From an uncultured Gammaproteobacteria bacterium (lineage in GTDB: Bacteria > Pseudomonadota > Gammaproteobacteria > Cardiobacteriales > CAKMZF01): a stretch of DNA of 47,624 bases. The notes under the pieces were generated by a model. The model saw nothing but the letters and a program-made list of their open reading frames with translations, did no database searches and had not been told where the DNA came from. The position numbers and the translations under genes were made by a program. The stretch lies in NCBI GenBank assembly GCA_929200405.1, contig CAKMZF010000003.1:1-47624 (forward strand), read 5' to 3'. This document shows, in pieces, positions 1-9,880 of the stretch (position 1 is its first letter; each line of letters opens with the position of its first letter).

Positions 1-166
1 GGCATTCAGAATGCCAGTAAAAAATGAACGATGCCGATTCATAACTGGAGTTTGATCTTATCTCAGCTAGCTGTCTTCTTTGAAGGATGACTTGATCGCG
101 TACTTGCCGATACTTTTAAGTATTATAAGATGAAGATTCAATTCTGAGGCTTATATTCACTTATCC

Positions 167-1591
167 TTAACGTCTCAAGTGGGTGATTTTATATGAGCGT
201 TGATGATCTTCAAATGCAGCATCAGAATCACTTGAGATCTGATTTCTTTCAGCCTTTTTCATCAATCTCTCGGCCAATATATACGAGGCAATTGCCACAA
301 AAATACCACCTGCCATTTGCCCTATTAATACACCAGCCGCACCCCAGTATTGTGCGCCTAGATATACGAAGGGAATAATCCCTAATGTGTTGCGCCCCCA
401 GTTTACCCATGTGGAATAAAAGGGATGCCCTAGGTTGTTGTATGAGGCGTTGCCGATGAAAATGATACCGTTAAATATCCATGCCAATGAAAGTGGGCCG
501 CAAAACAAATAAATTAGCTCGCGGGCAATGCCTTCGGCATTAAACATATCGGCGATTGGGCTGCGTAATATATACATTACGCCAACCATGGGGATTACGT
601 ATATCACCACTAAAAACGCGCTGATGTTAAATGTTTTGCGTACTCGGTCATGCCGACCAGCGCCAAAATTTTGACCGATAATAGGGCCAATGGAGCCAGA
701 CATGGCGAAGATCAGTGCGAATGCAATGGGCGTGATTCGCCCAATAATAGCGAGTCCAGCGACAGCAGCTTCGCCAAATTCGGCAGCTGCTTTCACGACA
801 TAAGCGCCACCAATCGGTGCGGCAATATTCGCCAAAATCGCCGGAATGGCGATTACCAAAATGGGTTTTAAGTCTTTAATCGTGGCGATGAGAGATATCC
901 CCGAAAAGCCACCGTAACGTCTTATGAGATACCATAAACCACTCATAGCAACAGATACGCGAGATAAAACTGAGGCCCAAGCTGCGCCCTCAAGGCCCAT
1001 ATCTAAGACGAAGATAAAAATAGGGTCTAACACTGCGTTTACGATGCCAGCGATTAGCGTCACCATCATCGACAGTTTTGCCGCACCGTGGCTACGCAAG
1101 GCAGCTGAGGCAACAACTCCGACTAGGAGAATAGGCATCGTTGGAATCAGAATTTTGAGATAGGAAACAGCTAGCTCTTGGGTTGCTCCAGTCGCACCGA
1201 TCAGGCCTGTCAAGTTGTGCAATTGACTGAATAAGAGGGAGGCAAAGATTATCGCGAAAATAACGCCAACTATCATTACATGGGTAAGCAATTCGGTGGC
1301 TCGACTGGGTTTATTTTCGCCCAGTGATTTTGCGATTAAAGCTCCGCCTGCAATGCCGAGACCTATGCTGATAGAAGTTGTCATAAACAAAATAGTTCCA
1401 GCAAATCCTACAGCAGCGGCTAGCTCATCTATGCCAAGCATAGAGATGAATAGCATATCGACGACATCTACGATAAAAAGCGCTAAAAAACCCACAGCTG
1501 AGGTGAGAGACATGGTAATGATGTGTTTACTTAAGCTGCCGGAAAGAAATTTGGCTTGCTCGGTGTTGGAATTTTGTGTTGCGGTGTTCAT
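167..1591 (-). CDS. MATE family efflux transporter
   Basis: 474-aa polytopic membrane protein of about 12 TM with typical MATE size and hydrophobic pattern. It is clearly paralogous to the ORF at 11647..13176 (e.g. GSLSKHIITMSLTSAVGFLALFIVD vs GSTLRHIIVMTLTGAVGILAVMMVD). Its ATG overlaps the stop of the upstream kef gene (ATGA). Confidence 0.85.
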   Translation of the reverse strand: MNTATQNSNTEQAKFLSGSLSKHIITMSLTSAVGFLALFIVDVVDMLFISMLGIDELAAAVGFAGTILFMTTSISIGLGIAGGALIAKSLGENKPSRATELLTHVMIVGVIFAIIFASLLFSQLHNLTGLIGATGATQELAVSYLKILIPTMPILLVGVVASAALRSHGAAKLSMMVTLIAGIVNAVLDPIFIFVLDMGLEGAAWASVLSRVSVAMSGLWYLIRRYGGFSGISLIATIKDLKPILVIAIPAILANIAAPIGGAYVVKAAAEFGEAAVAGLAIIGRITPIAFALIFAMSGSIGPIIGQNFGAGRHDRVRKTFNISAFLVVIYVIPMVGVMYILRSPIADMFNAEGIARELIYLFCGPLSLAWIFNGIIFIGNASYNNLGHPFYSTWVNWGRNTLGIIPFVYLGAQYWGAAGVLIGQMAGGIFVAIASYILAERLMKKAERNQISSDSDAAFEDHQRSYKITHLRR

Positions 1592-3456
1592 GCTTTTGAT
1601 TCACTCATAATAGCACTTAATTGTTTATTTAAGTCTGCTTCCCAGCGCTCCCGCTCTTCCTTGATCTTTTCAAGGTAGGCTGCGTTTTGGTGTGCGGGTA
1701 TATCAGGGTCGTAATGTTCGGCCATTTCTAGCATGATTTTTCGATCCATGTCGTTAAACGCACTTACCATACGTTCGGATTGATCATTAGAGTAGCCCAA
1801 GGCCTCTACCGCAGAACGGCCCATACGCAGTGAACTATCATAGGTATCGCGAATAATGTCACGACATCCAGCAGCCCACAAATCATAGACATGATTTCTA
1901 TCTACTGCTCGGGCTATAACGTGTAAATTGGGATAGTGATGATTGACGTACTTGGCTAGTTCAGTGATTTGCTCGCGATTATCAATAGCGATGATGAACA
2001 GTTTTGCCTCGTCGATACCTGCGGAATGTAAAAGATCGGGGCGTGTAGCATCTCCATAATAGGCATGGACATCAAAAGCTTTGAGGATTTCAAGTTGCTT
2101 GGCACTAAAATCAATCACTGTTGGTGACGCGCCTGTATTCCTCAGTAGCCTGTTTACAATGCCGCCAACGCGTCCATAGCCAGCAATAATGATTTCGCTT
2201 TTCTCTGCTATGTCATCTGCTTCGCGTGCATTTTTAGCAGCGAAACGCGGCGCAATGATGCGGTCATAGAAGATAAATAAGGCCGGAGTTAATAGCATTG
2301 AAAGAGCGACGATCAAAAGCAATCGATCTGCCAAGTCTCCTGGAATAACAGCACTGGAGACTGTAAAAGACAATAGTACGAAGCCAAATTCCCCTGCTTG
2401 TGCTAGCCCAAGGCTAAACAACCAACGGTCTGAACCGCCTAGTTTGAAAACCACGGTAAGCACATAAAGCACGATAATTTTAACCATCATCAATCCCAAT
2501 GTCAGCGCCACAATTATGCTCAAATTGTCCATCAATAAAGCAAAGTTAATGCCAGCACCCACCGTCATAAAGAATAGACCAAGTAACAGGCCTTTAAACG
2601 GATCTATGTCGCTTTCCAGCTCGTGTCTATATTCGCTATTAGCCAACACAACACCTGCTAAAAACGTACCAAGAGCAGGAGAGAGGCCAACTAATGACAT
2701 CAGTAACGCAATACCAATGACTATCATTAAAGCAGTTGCTACAAATAGCTCTCGTAATTTTGCGGCTGCAATAAACCGGAATACTGGCCCGGTTAAATAA
2801 GAGCCTGCGACAATGACAGCCGCAATCGCAGCTAATGTTACAAGTGCAGAGGCCCATGCTGGCAGACCATCAACCAAGCTCATTGATCCACCGCCATGCT
2901 CTCCACCATCATGCGCTGCATGTGAAAGCGTTTCGGATAATTCTGGTAATGCCAAAAGAGGTATTAATGCGAGCATCGGGATAACCGCGATATCTTGGAA
3001 GAGCAAAACCGAAAAGCTAGATTGGCCCCCATCACTTTTCATTAGCCCTTTTTCGCCTAAGGTTTGTAGAACAATGGCGGTAGATGATAAAGCCATCACC
3101 AAGCCAATTGCCAAGGCGACTGACCAAACCTGCCCTAAAGCCATAGCAACTGCCATCACGACAAGCGTGGTTAGCGCCACTTGCCCGCCTCCAAGCCCAA
3201 GCAATTTGGCACGCATGGACCACAGTAACTTTGGCTCAAGCTCTAGCCCAACCAAAAATAACATCATCACCACACCGAACTCAGCAAAATGTTGAATAGA
3301 AATAACGTCAACATGTAGCACAGTCAAAATAGGACTAATAACAATACCCGCAATTAAATACCCAAGCACTGACCCTAGCCCTAAACGGGAAGCAATTGGT
3401 ACAGCAATAACTCCAGCAACTAAAAAGATGAAGGCAAGAAGTAAAAAATCAGTCAT
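1588..3456 (-). CDS. kefB: Glutathione-regulated K+ efflux system protein, KefB/KefC type (CPA2 antiporter with C-terminal TrkA-N/KTN domain)
   Basis: 622 aa. The N-terminus PIASRLGLGSVLGYLIAGIVISP and the regulatory loop HELESDIDPFKGLLLGLFF match Kef proteins. The C-terminal Rossmann segment IIIAGYGRVGG marks the KTN domain. I cannot separate KefB from KefC by eye. Confidence 0.85.
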   Translation of the reverse strand: MTDFLLLAFIFLVAGVIAVPIASRLGLGSVLGYLIAGIVISPILTVLHVDVISIQHFAEFGVVMMLFLVGLELEPKLLWSMRAKLLGLGGGQVALTTLVVMAVAMALGQVWSVALAIGLVMALSSTAIVLQTLGEKGLMKSDGGQSSFSVLLFQDIAVIPMLALIPLLALPELSETLSHAAHDGGEHGGGSMSLVDGLPAWASALVTLAAIAAVIVAGSYLTGPVFRFIAAAKLRELFVATALMIVIGIALLMSLVGLSPALGTFLAGVVLANSEYRHELESDIDPFKGLLLGLFFMTVGAGINFALLMDNLSIIVALTLGLMMVKIIVLYVLTVVFKLGGSDRWLFSLGLAQAGEFGFVLLSFTVSSAVIPGDLADRLLLIVALSMLLTPALFIFYDRIIAPRFAAKNAREADDIAEKSEIIIAGYGRVGGIVNRLLRNTGASPTVIDFSAKQLEILKAFDVHAYYGDATRPDLLHSAGIDEAKLFIIAIDNREQITELAKYVNHHYPNLHVIARAVDRNHVYDLWAAGCRDIIRDTYDSSLRMGRSAVEALGYSNDQSERMVSAFNDMDRKIMLEMAEHYDPDIPAHQNAAYLEKIKEERERWEADLNKQLSAIMSESKA

Positions 3457-3778
3457 GTTTTTCCTAAGTTTTATTAAAGCTCTACTAAAAGGTGCAACAA
3501 GATTGTTGGTTGGTAAATTGATTGATGAAGTTAGTTCGAATTATCGGAATTCAAGTGAAGCTATATGTGTTTAGAAAACTAGTGTCTAATGCCTAATGGT
3601 TCTATTTTTCGTTTCAGATAAGAATATTGATCGTAATTTATTGTTATTTTTAAATTTGGAATTAAATTCATACATTGAAAATGAGTCCAGAGCATATGCT
3701 TTAGCTTTAAAGTTAATATTATACTAAACTCAATTGATTAATTGAGAAAATGAGACCAAAAATTTCCAATAATCTGTC

Positions 3779-4021
3779 GATGGTTTTTTTGGGGGGATTA
3801 CAGGCATGAGTCGGCGAGGAAACTGCCATGATAATGCTGTGACGGAGAATTTTTCCAACCTAAAGAAGGAGAAAATTAGATGTAAAAATACAAAACGCGT
3901 GATGAAGCAAGATCAGATGCGTTTAACTGTATTGAGATGCTCTATAGCCCAAAGCGGCGATATACCCATAACCAACGAATCTTTCCAACTGGATTATGAA
4001 GATCTCTATTTTTTAAGTTAG
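3779..4021 (+). pseudogene. IS3-family transposase (orfB/integrase) C-terminal remnant, frameshifted
   Basis: Frame 1 reads GITGMSRRGNCHDNAVTENFSNLKKEKIR, the IS3 motif S-R-K/R-G-N-C-x-D-N-A. From about 3886 the homology continues in another frame as YKTRDEARSDAFNCIEMLYSPKRRYTHN. It returns to frame 1 for LDYEDLYFLS. No N-terminal or DDE core is present. Confidence 0.7.
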
Positions 4022-4163
4022 AATTTTTAAGCTAGAAAGCGTCTAGTATTCTCAGGACTTACCTGTCATAGGTTCTAACCAAATAACAGGGCTTGGCCAT
4101 CCAATGTTTGAACGTAACGTCTGAAATCCATTTTGGGTAGACTTATTACGTGCTTAAGTTGAC

Positions 4164-5204
4164 TCAATGCAACAACGCCCTGTCAAAGCCTTGCAATACA
4201 TTTACTGTATTGATGCCAATCTCTTCAACAGCATAACCGCCTTCCATGATAAAAGCCGTAGGTATGTTAGCTTTAGCAATGCGCTTGCCATAATCCGTAA
4301 AATCATCACAAGTTAATTTGAAAAAGCTAATGGGATCGTTTTCAAAAGTATCAACACCCAATGAGATGATCAATATATCAGGCGCATAATTTTTTACCTT
4401 AAGAAGGGCATCATCAAGCGCTGCACTCCACTGATCATATCCAGCTTTAGGTGGCAATGGATAGTTAACATTATATCCTTCTCCGATAGCATTGCCTGTT
4501 TCATCAGCATGCCCAAGATAATATGGAAAAGACTCCATAGGATCTCCATGAATAGATAAAAACATTACGTCATCACGGTCATAAAAAATATGCTGTGTTC
4601 CATTGCCATGATGAAAATCAACATCCAAAATGGCCACGCGTTTAGCCCCATTATCTCTAGCATATTGTGCGGCAATAGCAGCATTGTTTAAAAAGCAATA
4701 GCCTCCAAATTGATCAGCAGCAGCATGATGTCCAGGTGGACGACACAGTCCAAAGGCTACATTCTCACCTTCTAAAACCAAATCAGTTGCAGTAAGTGCT
4801 ACGTCTTTACTTGCAAGGGCAGCTTCCCATGTACCAACGCTAATAGTGGTTTCTGATGCAAGTGCATAGTAGCCAACTTTACCCTCAATATGATTTGGAA
4901 TATGGGGAGAGTTCATAGTGCGCGTTGGCCAGCAATTTGCAATCGCTTCGCTTTGATAACCAGCATCTTGCCATTCTTTGATGCAGGTTTCTAAAAACTT
5001 AACATAATCTTTATTATGAACGGCGTGAACCGGCTCCAGACCATAATCCCGTGGTTCAATTACTTCGCCTAGATTTACTTCTTTAATGCGATTCAAAATA
5101 TATTCGGCACGCTTTGGACATTCAAAGGGAGGAACAATTTGGCCTTCAAAAATCTCAATTTTTGCATCTCGCAACTTATGTTTTTCTGAATATACTGTAC
5201 GCAT
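4164..5204 (-). CDS. aphA: Acetylpolyamine amidohydrolase (histone deacetylase-like, arginase/deacetylase superfamily)
   Basis: 346 aa. HDAC-class catalytic motifs are present: CRPPGHHAAADQFGGYCFLNNAAIAAQ, ILDVDFHHGNGTQHIFY, SLGVDTFENDPISFFKL and MEGGY. From memory, the end-to-end architecture resembles the Mycoplana APAH enzyme. It is the last gene of the polyamine importer operon. Confidence 0.85.
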   Translation of the reverse strand: MRTVYSEKHKLRDAKIEIFEGQIVPPFECPKRAEYILNRIKEVNLGEVIEPRDYGLEPVHAVHNKDYVKFLETCIKEWQDAGYQSEAIANCWPTRTMNSPHIPNHIEGKVGYYALASETTISVGTWEAALASKDVALTATDLVLEGENVAFGLCRPPGHHAAADQFGGYCFLNNAAIAAQYARDNGAKRVAILDVDFHHGNGTQHIFYDRDDVMFLSIHGDPMESFPYYLGHADETGNAIGEGYNVNYPLPPKAGYDQWSAALDDALLKVKNYAPDILIISLGVDTFENDPISFFKLTCDDFTDYGKRIAKANIPTAFIMEGGYAVEEIGINTVNVLQGFDRALLH

Positions 5205-5272
5205 CTAACGCTCCATCAGCACTATTAAAATATGAGATGAGCGGGATTTTTAACCCGCCCAATTTTTATCTT

Positions 5273-6307
5273 TTATTGAAGTAGACTTTCCCAAACTTTA
5301 GCTTCCAGCTTAATTCCTTTTTCTGAACAAGCTTTAGTGAAAATAAAATTGGTTCCTTCTGGTGGGTTAACTTCAGGTGAATTTCTCATAGCATCATTAA
5401 AAAACTTCGCACTGCCTTTAACGCCATTCGCATAGCCTGCAAAGTTAGATTGAATGGCAGCATTTTCTGGCTGCATCATAAATTCAATAAACTTAATTGC
5501 ATTGTCATAATTTTTTGCACCTTGAGGCACAGCTAGATTATCAGAGAATGATGGAACACCTTCTTTTGGAAATGCATAAGCGAGACTTGCTTTTTTCTCA
5601 CGCGCACGAATGGAATAACCACTCCAATTCTGATGAACAGCAACATCACCGGATACTAAGCGTTCTAAAATACCATCGGATGAATAAATTTTTACATGCT
5701 CTTTTTGTTTTTTCAAAAGTTCAAGTACTTTGGTCATTTCTGTTGGATTTTCTGAACACAATGGGATGCCCAAAGCAATTTGTGCTGTAGAGATTACATC
5801 GTTAGCAGATTTAAACATCCCAATTTTGCCTTGCAATTCTTTTGGTGGATTAAACAAAAGATCAAAGGTATGAATATCGCCTTTATATGCATCAGTATCA
5901 ATTGTAAATGATGTAGCACCTTGCATCCATGGAATTGTATATGTATTGCCTGTATCCCAAAATGAATTTTTAAAATCATCAGAAAGGTTTTCGTAACCTG
6001 ATAATTTACTTGCATTAATTTCTTGTAATAGATCTTCTTTAATAAATAGTTCAACAAAATTATGACTTGGCACAACAATATCATAGCCTGTTGCCCCTGA
6101 CTTTAATTTTGCAAGTAAAGTTTCATTAGAATCAAAAGTATCTAAAGTTACTGCTATGCCAGTTTCTTTTTCGAACTTTTTAATTAGATCGGGAGATGTG
6201 TAATCCGTCCAATTATAAATGAATAATTCTTCTTCAGCGATTGCTGATGTCATTCCAGCTGACAAGGCTAAAGCAGAAGCTCCTATAAGTGTTATAATGT
6301 TTTTCAT
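5273..6307 (-). CDS. potD: Spermidine/putrescine-type ABC transporter periplasmic substrate-binding protein
   Basis: 344 aa with a Sec signal peptide (ALALSAGMTSAIA). The motif ELFIYNWTDYTSPDLIKKFEKETGI is typical of PotD/PotF. The A-B-C-D gene order matches potABCD. Confidence 0.8.
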   Translation of the reverse strand: MKNIITLIGASALALSAGMTSAIAEEELFIYNWTDYTSPDLIKKFEKETGIAVTLDTFDSNETLLAKLKSGATGYDIVVPSHNFVELFIKEDLLQEINASKLSGYENLSDDFKNSFWDTGNTYTIPWMQGATSFTIDTDAYKGDIHTFDLLFNPPKELQGKIGMFKSANDVISTAQIALGIPLCSENPTEMTKVLELLKKQKEHVKIYSSDGILERLVSGDVAVHQNWSGYSIRAREKKASLAYAFPKEGVPSFSDNLAVPQGAKNYDNAIKFIEFMMQPENAAIQSNFAGYANGVKGSAKFFNDAMRNSPEVNPPEGTNFIFTKACSEKGIKLEAKVWESLLQ

Positions 6308-6331
6308 AACTTCCTCCAGTAAAAATATGTC

Positions 6332-7156
6332 TTATCGTTTTTTTCCGATCCAATAAGACAGTGTTACAAACATGATCGAAATAATTAGTAGAATTGTTGA
6401 AATAGCATTAATTTCGGGTGTAATGCCTTTTCTAACCAAACCATAGATATAAATTGGTAAAGTATTAGAGCCCGCTTCTGCAACCATTAAAGTAATGATG
6501 AAGTCATCAATGGAAATGATAAAAGCCAGCATAGCACCAGAAAAAATGCCCGGAACAAGAATGGGTAATGTAATTAAACGAAGAGTTTCCCATTTATTTG
6601 CATAAAGATCTTGAGCCGCAACCTCTAAATTTTTATCCATACTCTGCAATCTAGCTCGAATAGGCATATAAGCAAATGGAATGCAAAAGACCGTATGAGC
6701 AATGATAATATTCCCAATGCCGAGAGATAACCCTATTGTAGAAAAAAACGTGAGTGTTGCCACTGCGGTTACAATTTCTGGAACCATAAGAGGCAAAATG
6801 ATTAATCCCATGAACATAGGTTTATGCTTAATTTTGCGATTACGGCTCAAAGCCAATGCAGCCATTGTGGCAAAAATGGTTGCAAAAAATGTTGAAACAA
6901 CTGCAATAATCAAACTGTTCTTAGTAGCGCGTTGAATGTCATCATTGGCAAAAGCTTTAAAATACCAGTCAATGCTGAAACCTTCCCATACTGTAGCTGA
7001 TGATGATGAATTAAATGAGAAAAACACCAAAATCATTAAAGGTAAATATAGGTAAATAAAAAAGCTAAGGGTAAACCATGAAAACCCAGGTAAAGAGCGG
7101 ATGTCTTTTGATTTTGATATTTTAATATCAGCTTGCAAAATTTTACTATTACTCAA
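6332..7156 (-). CDS. potC: Polyamine ABC transporter permease
   Basis: 274-aa membrane protein of about 6 TM with an EAA-loop-like segment (EVAAQDLYANKWETLRLITLPIL). It has a 4-nt overlap with the upstream permease. Confidence 0.8.
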   Translation of the reverse strand: MSNSKILQADIKISKSKDIRSLPGFSWFTLSFFIYLYLPLMILVFFSFNSSSSATVWEGFSIDWYFKAFANDDIQRATKNSLIIAVVSTFFATIFATMAALALSRNRKIKHKPMFMGLIILPLMVPEIVTAVATLTFFSTIGLSLGIGNIIIAHTVFCIPFAYMPIRARLQSMDKNLEVAAQDLYANKWETLRLITLPILVPGIFSGAMLAFIISIDDFIITLMVAEAGSNTLPIYIYGLVRKGITPEINAISTILLIISIMFVTLSYWIGKKR

Positions 7157-8046
7157 TGTACAATCTCCGTTCCATTTTTACGAGAATTACGGGCTTGTAT
7201 TAACAAAGCAATGAGTACGATAGCCATAATAATTACAGCAAGAGCAGAACCAAATGGCCAATTTCGACCTGATGAAAATTGCAGCTGCACGAGAGATCCG
7301 AGCATTAAATTCTTACCACCTCCTAAAAGTTCTGGTGCTATAAATGCACCAATGGATGGAATAAATACAAGAATAGAGCCTGCTATAATACCTGGCATAG
7401 CAAGAGGGATAACCACATAGCGTAGTGCACCCCAATGGGTAGTATATAAATCACGAGAAGCTTCAATTAAACGTATATCTAATCTTTCAAGAGACGCATA
7501 AATTGGTAAAATCATGAAAGGTACATAGGTGTAAACTAAACCAAGGATAATTGCGCCTTCTGTATATAAAAGAGTAATTGGCTCATTTATGATACCTGAA
7601 GAGATTAGCATTGAGTTAACTAATCCTGTATCGCGCAAAACCAAGATCCAGCTATATGTACGGATAAGTAAGTTAGTCCAAAATGGAATGGTAATAAGCA
7701 GCACTAAAAAATTACGACGATCTGCATTTTGCGTTGCAATATAATAGGCTACAGGAAAACCCACTAATAAGGATACAATAACTGCTATAATAGAAATCCA
7801 CATGGAACGGAAAAATATTTTTAAATATCCTGTAGAAAATACAAGATTATCAAATAAATCTCGACAAAAAAAAAGCTTTTGAAAAAAATCAAATGAAAAG
7901 CCGGTGCGCCCCCCGCCGTTAGGGTTTGGAATCATAAAAGAATATACAACAATAATCAAAATAGGGATGAGCATAAAAATGCCGACCATTAATGCTGATG
8001 GCAAAACACCCTTATATTGATCTATAATATTGAATAGTTTTTTCAT
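7153..8046 (-). CDS. potB: Polyamine ABC transporter permease
   Basis: 297-aa membrane protein with the EAA loop IEASRDLYTTHWGALRYVVIPLAMPG. It has a 4-nt overlap with potA. Confidence 0.8.
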   Translation of the reverse strand: MKKLFNIIDQYKGVLPSALMVGIFMLIPILIIVVYSFMIPNPNGGGRTGFSFDFFQKLFFCRDLFDNLVFSTGYLKIFFRSMWISIIAVIVSLLVGFPVAYYIATQNADRRNFLVLLITIPFWTNLLIRTYSWILVLRDTGLVNSMLISSGIINEPITLLYTEGAIILGLVYTYVPFMILPIYASLERLDIRLIEASRDLYTTHWGALRYVVIPLAMPGIIAGSILVFIPSIGAFIAPELLGGGKNLMLGSLVQLQFSSGRNWPFGSALAVIIMAIVLIALLIQARNSRKNGTEIVH

Positions 8047-9125
8047 TTTTTTAAAATTCGCAATGCGGCCGGATTAATAGCAAGCGAAACTGGTTCTCCA
8101 ACATTTGCTATAGCTTCCCCGTTATGATGGTTTTCTGCCCGTACTTTAATTGTTTCATTGTTTTGTAAGATAACAAGATAATCAGTTGTATTGCCCAAAT
8201 ACATGATATCTGAAACGGTGCCAGCAAGAGTATCCTTATCACCAGCCTTTACAAAGGATACTTTTTCAGGGCGAATAGCAAGCGTGACTTTATCATTTTC
8301 TTTAATGCTCTCAACTCTTTGCCCCTTCAGCGATGTAATATCATCAATAATATATTCAACCAATTCATCTTTATGCTTACCAGCGACAGCGTCATAAAAA
8401 TTTGCATCACCAATAAAGTCTGCAACAAATCGATTGGCAGGACGCTCATAGATTTCATCGGGCGTCGCTATTTGCTGTATTTCTCCAGCAGACATAACAG
8501 CTATACGATCAGACATAGACAAGGCTTCTTCTTGATCGTGGGTAACAAATACAAATGTAATGCCTGTTTCACGTTGCAAACGTTTTAATTCAGACCGCAT
8601 GGCTTGGCGTAATTTTAAATCAAGAGCTGATAGCGGTTCATCTAATAGCAACACTTTTGGCTGTGGAGTAAGTGCACGCGCCAAGGCCACACGTTGCTGC
8701 TGTCCACCTGAGAGCTGATCTGGCTTTCGTGCGCCATATTCGCCAAGATGTACTAAATCCAACATTTCTTGAGCAACGCTATTCGCTTTATTTTTATCTG
8801 TACCAAGACGACGCAGACCAAAGGCAACATTATCCAAAATTGTCATATGAGGAAATAATGAATAATGTTGGAATACTGTATTCACAGGGCGAATCTCGGG
8901 AGGAAGATTCGAAATATTATTGCCATAAAGACACAATTCACCAGCTGTTATGCTTTCAAAGCCAGCGATAAGGCGCAATAATGTGGTTTTGCCGCAACCT
9001 GACGGGCCTAAAAGGGTGAAGAATTCATTATCATTAATTTCAAGTGATGCTGATTTTAAGGCTACCACAGGTGGATTTCCTGAGTATATTTTACGCAAAT
9101 TATCTGCTTTTATTGCAACACTCAA
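8043..9125 (-). CDS. potA: Polyamine ABC transporter ATP-binding protein
   Basis: 360 aa with Walker A GPSGCGKTT, signature LSGGQQQRVALARAL and Walker B LLLDEPLSALD. It has a C-terminal TOBE-like regulatory domain. Confidence 0.9.
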   Translation of the reverse strand: MSVAIKADNLRKIYSGNPPVVALKSASLEINDNEFFTLLGPSGCGKTTLLRLIAGFESITAGELCLYGNNISNLPPEIRPVNTVFQHYSLFPHMTILDNVAFGLRRLGTDKNKANSVAQEMLDLVHLGEYGARKPDQLSGGQQQRVALARALTPQPKVLLLDEPLSALDLKLRQAMRSELKRLQRETGITFVFVTHDQEEALSMSDRIAVMSAGEIQQIATPDEIYERPANRFVADFIGDANFYDAVAGKHKDELVEYIIDDITSLKGQRVESIKENDKVTLAIRPEKVSFVKAGDKDTLAGTVSDIMYLGNTTDYLVILQNNETIKVRAENHHNGEAIANVGEPVSLAINPAALRILKK

Positions 9126-9427
9126 TTTAAACTCCTCATTTATTGCAAATTTAATCTAAAGGTCTTTTATGAACTATTTAGCTAATTTGATAGCATTGAT
9201 AAAAATACGTTAATAAATTTGTCTTGAAATTTTTCACTTCGGAATATTAGTACCACATTTATTATAGGAATGCACGTTAATTGTAATACACAACGCCCAT
9301 ATAATGTTGTTTGTATTTTCAATACTTTACTTATGACGAAAGCACGAGATCAAATCATTAGCATTGTATGGTGCGTTGTGTTCGCCGTGCATACCTTTTT
9401 GGCTCTGACTCTGTGGCAAGGGTTCTG

Positions 9428-9511
9428 TGATGAATACCTCTCACCCTCTTTGACCAGCAAAAGCTTATCATCGAGTGTGGAGGTCTAAATCAAAAAAAGA
9501 GGTATTCATTA
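9428..9511 (+). repeat. Long-range inverted repeat immediately 5' of the IS110-like remnant, sequestering its SD and ATG
   Basis: tgatgaatacctct (9428-9441) pairs with agaggtattcatta (9498-9511). That gives 12 perfect bp plus one G.U and one A-T pair, enclosing 56 nt. The right arm contains the SD-like aagagg and the first base of the ATG at 9511. Confidence 0.6.
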
Positions 9512-9850
9512 TGAGCAATGTCACTACAATTTTTATCGATATTTGTGCCCTTAATCAAGCCCGCGCCATCATTATTAACTGACCGAGCAGATTCAAGCAC
9601 ACCCTAACGCCATTATCGCCATGGAGGCCTGCTCCAGCTCTCATGACTGGGCAAGAACCTTTGCTCTGATGGCCTTCCCCACCGAGCTGATTCCCGCTTT
9701 CGCCCACAGCGGCACAGTGTGCAAGTCAAAAGTATTCAACAACAAGATATCCAGACTCTATTGCGTATCCGCGCTGGCTATAAAAATACTCGCACTCGTA
9801 TCATCAATCAGATGCGAGGTATTCTCCGTTGTGGGATTTCTGGTTGTTAG
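9511..9850 (+). pseudogene. IS110-family transposase remnant (three fragments in three frames, internally deleted)
   Basis: Fragment 1 is MSNVTTIFIDICALNQ, which resembles the IS110 N-terminus xxITxIGIDLAK. Fragment 2 is AIIAMEACSSSHDWARTF...ELIPA, matching the IS110 hallmark MEACGxSHxWAR...LIPP. Fragment 3 is DIQTLLRIRAGYKNTRTRIINQMRGIL, matching the motif DLQxLxRxRxxLVxxRTxxINQIRGLL. The whole remnant is about 340 nt, against about 1 kb for an intact gene. Confidence 0.6.
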
Positions 9851-9880
9851 TATTTTGTTTGATATGTGGCTTATGTTGTT

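Noticed and set aside
1-15. The palindrome GGCATTC-A-GAATGCC at the very start of the window.
   Set aside because: It sits at the window edge with a 1-nt spacer, so it cannot form a hairpin loop. Without the upstream context it cannot be interpreted.
2516-3295. Plus-strand ORFs of 94 and 160 aa antisense to the kef gene. Similar shadow ORFs occur inside MATE, potA, leuS, the MscS-family gene and RND.
   Set aside because: They lie entirely within strongly supported genes on the other strand. Their translations are compositionally odd (Pro/Ser/Ala-rich mirror of a membrane protein) with no start context.
5241-5258. The hairpin GCGGG-N8-CCCGC between potD and aphA as an intra-operon terminator or attenuator.
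   Set aside because: The stem is only 5 bp, and the minus (transcribed) strand has no clear U-tract right after it. At best it is a weak mRNA-processing or stability element, which cannot be judged without folding energies or transcript data.
7866-7874. An A9 homopolymer inside potB, and a T9 tract at 26415..26423 inside cyoE, as possible phase-variation switches.
   Set aside because: Both encode Phe-rich membrane segments in an AT-rich genome. cyoE is required for the heme-a oxidase encoded by this cluster, and nothing else suggests contingency-locus behaviour.
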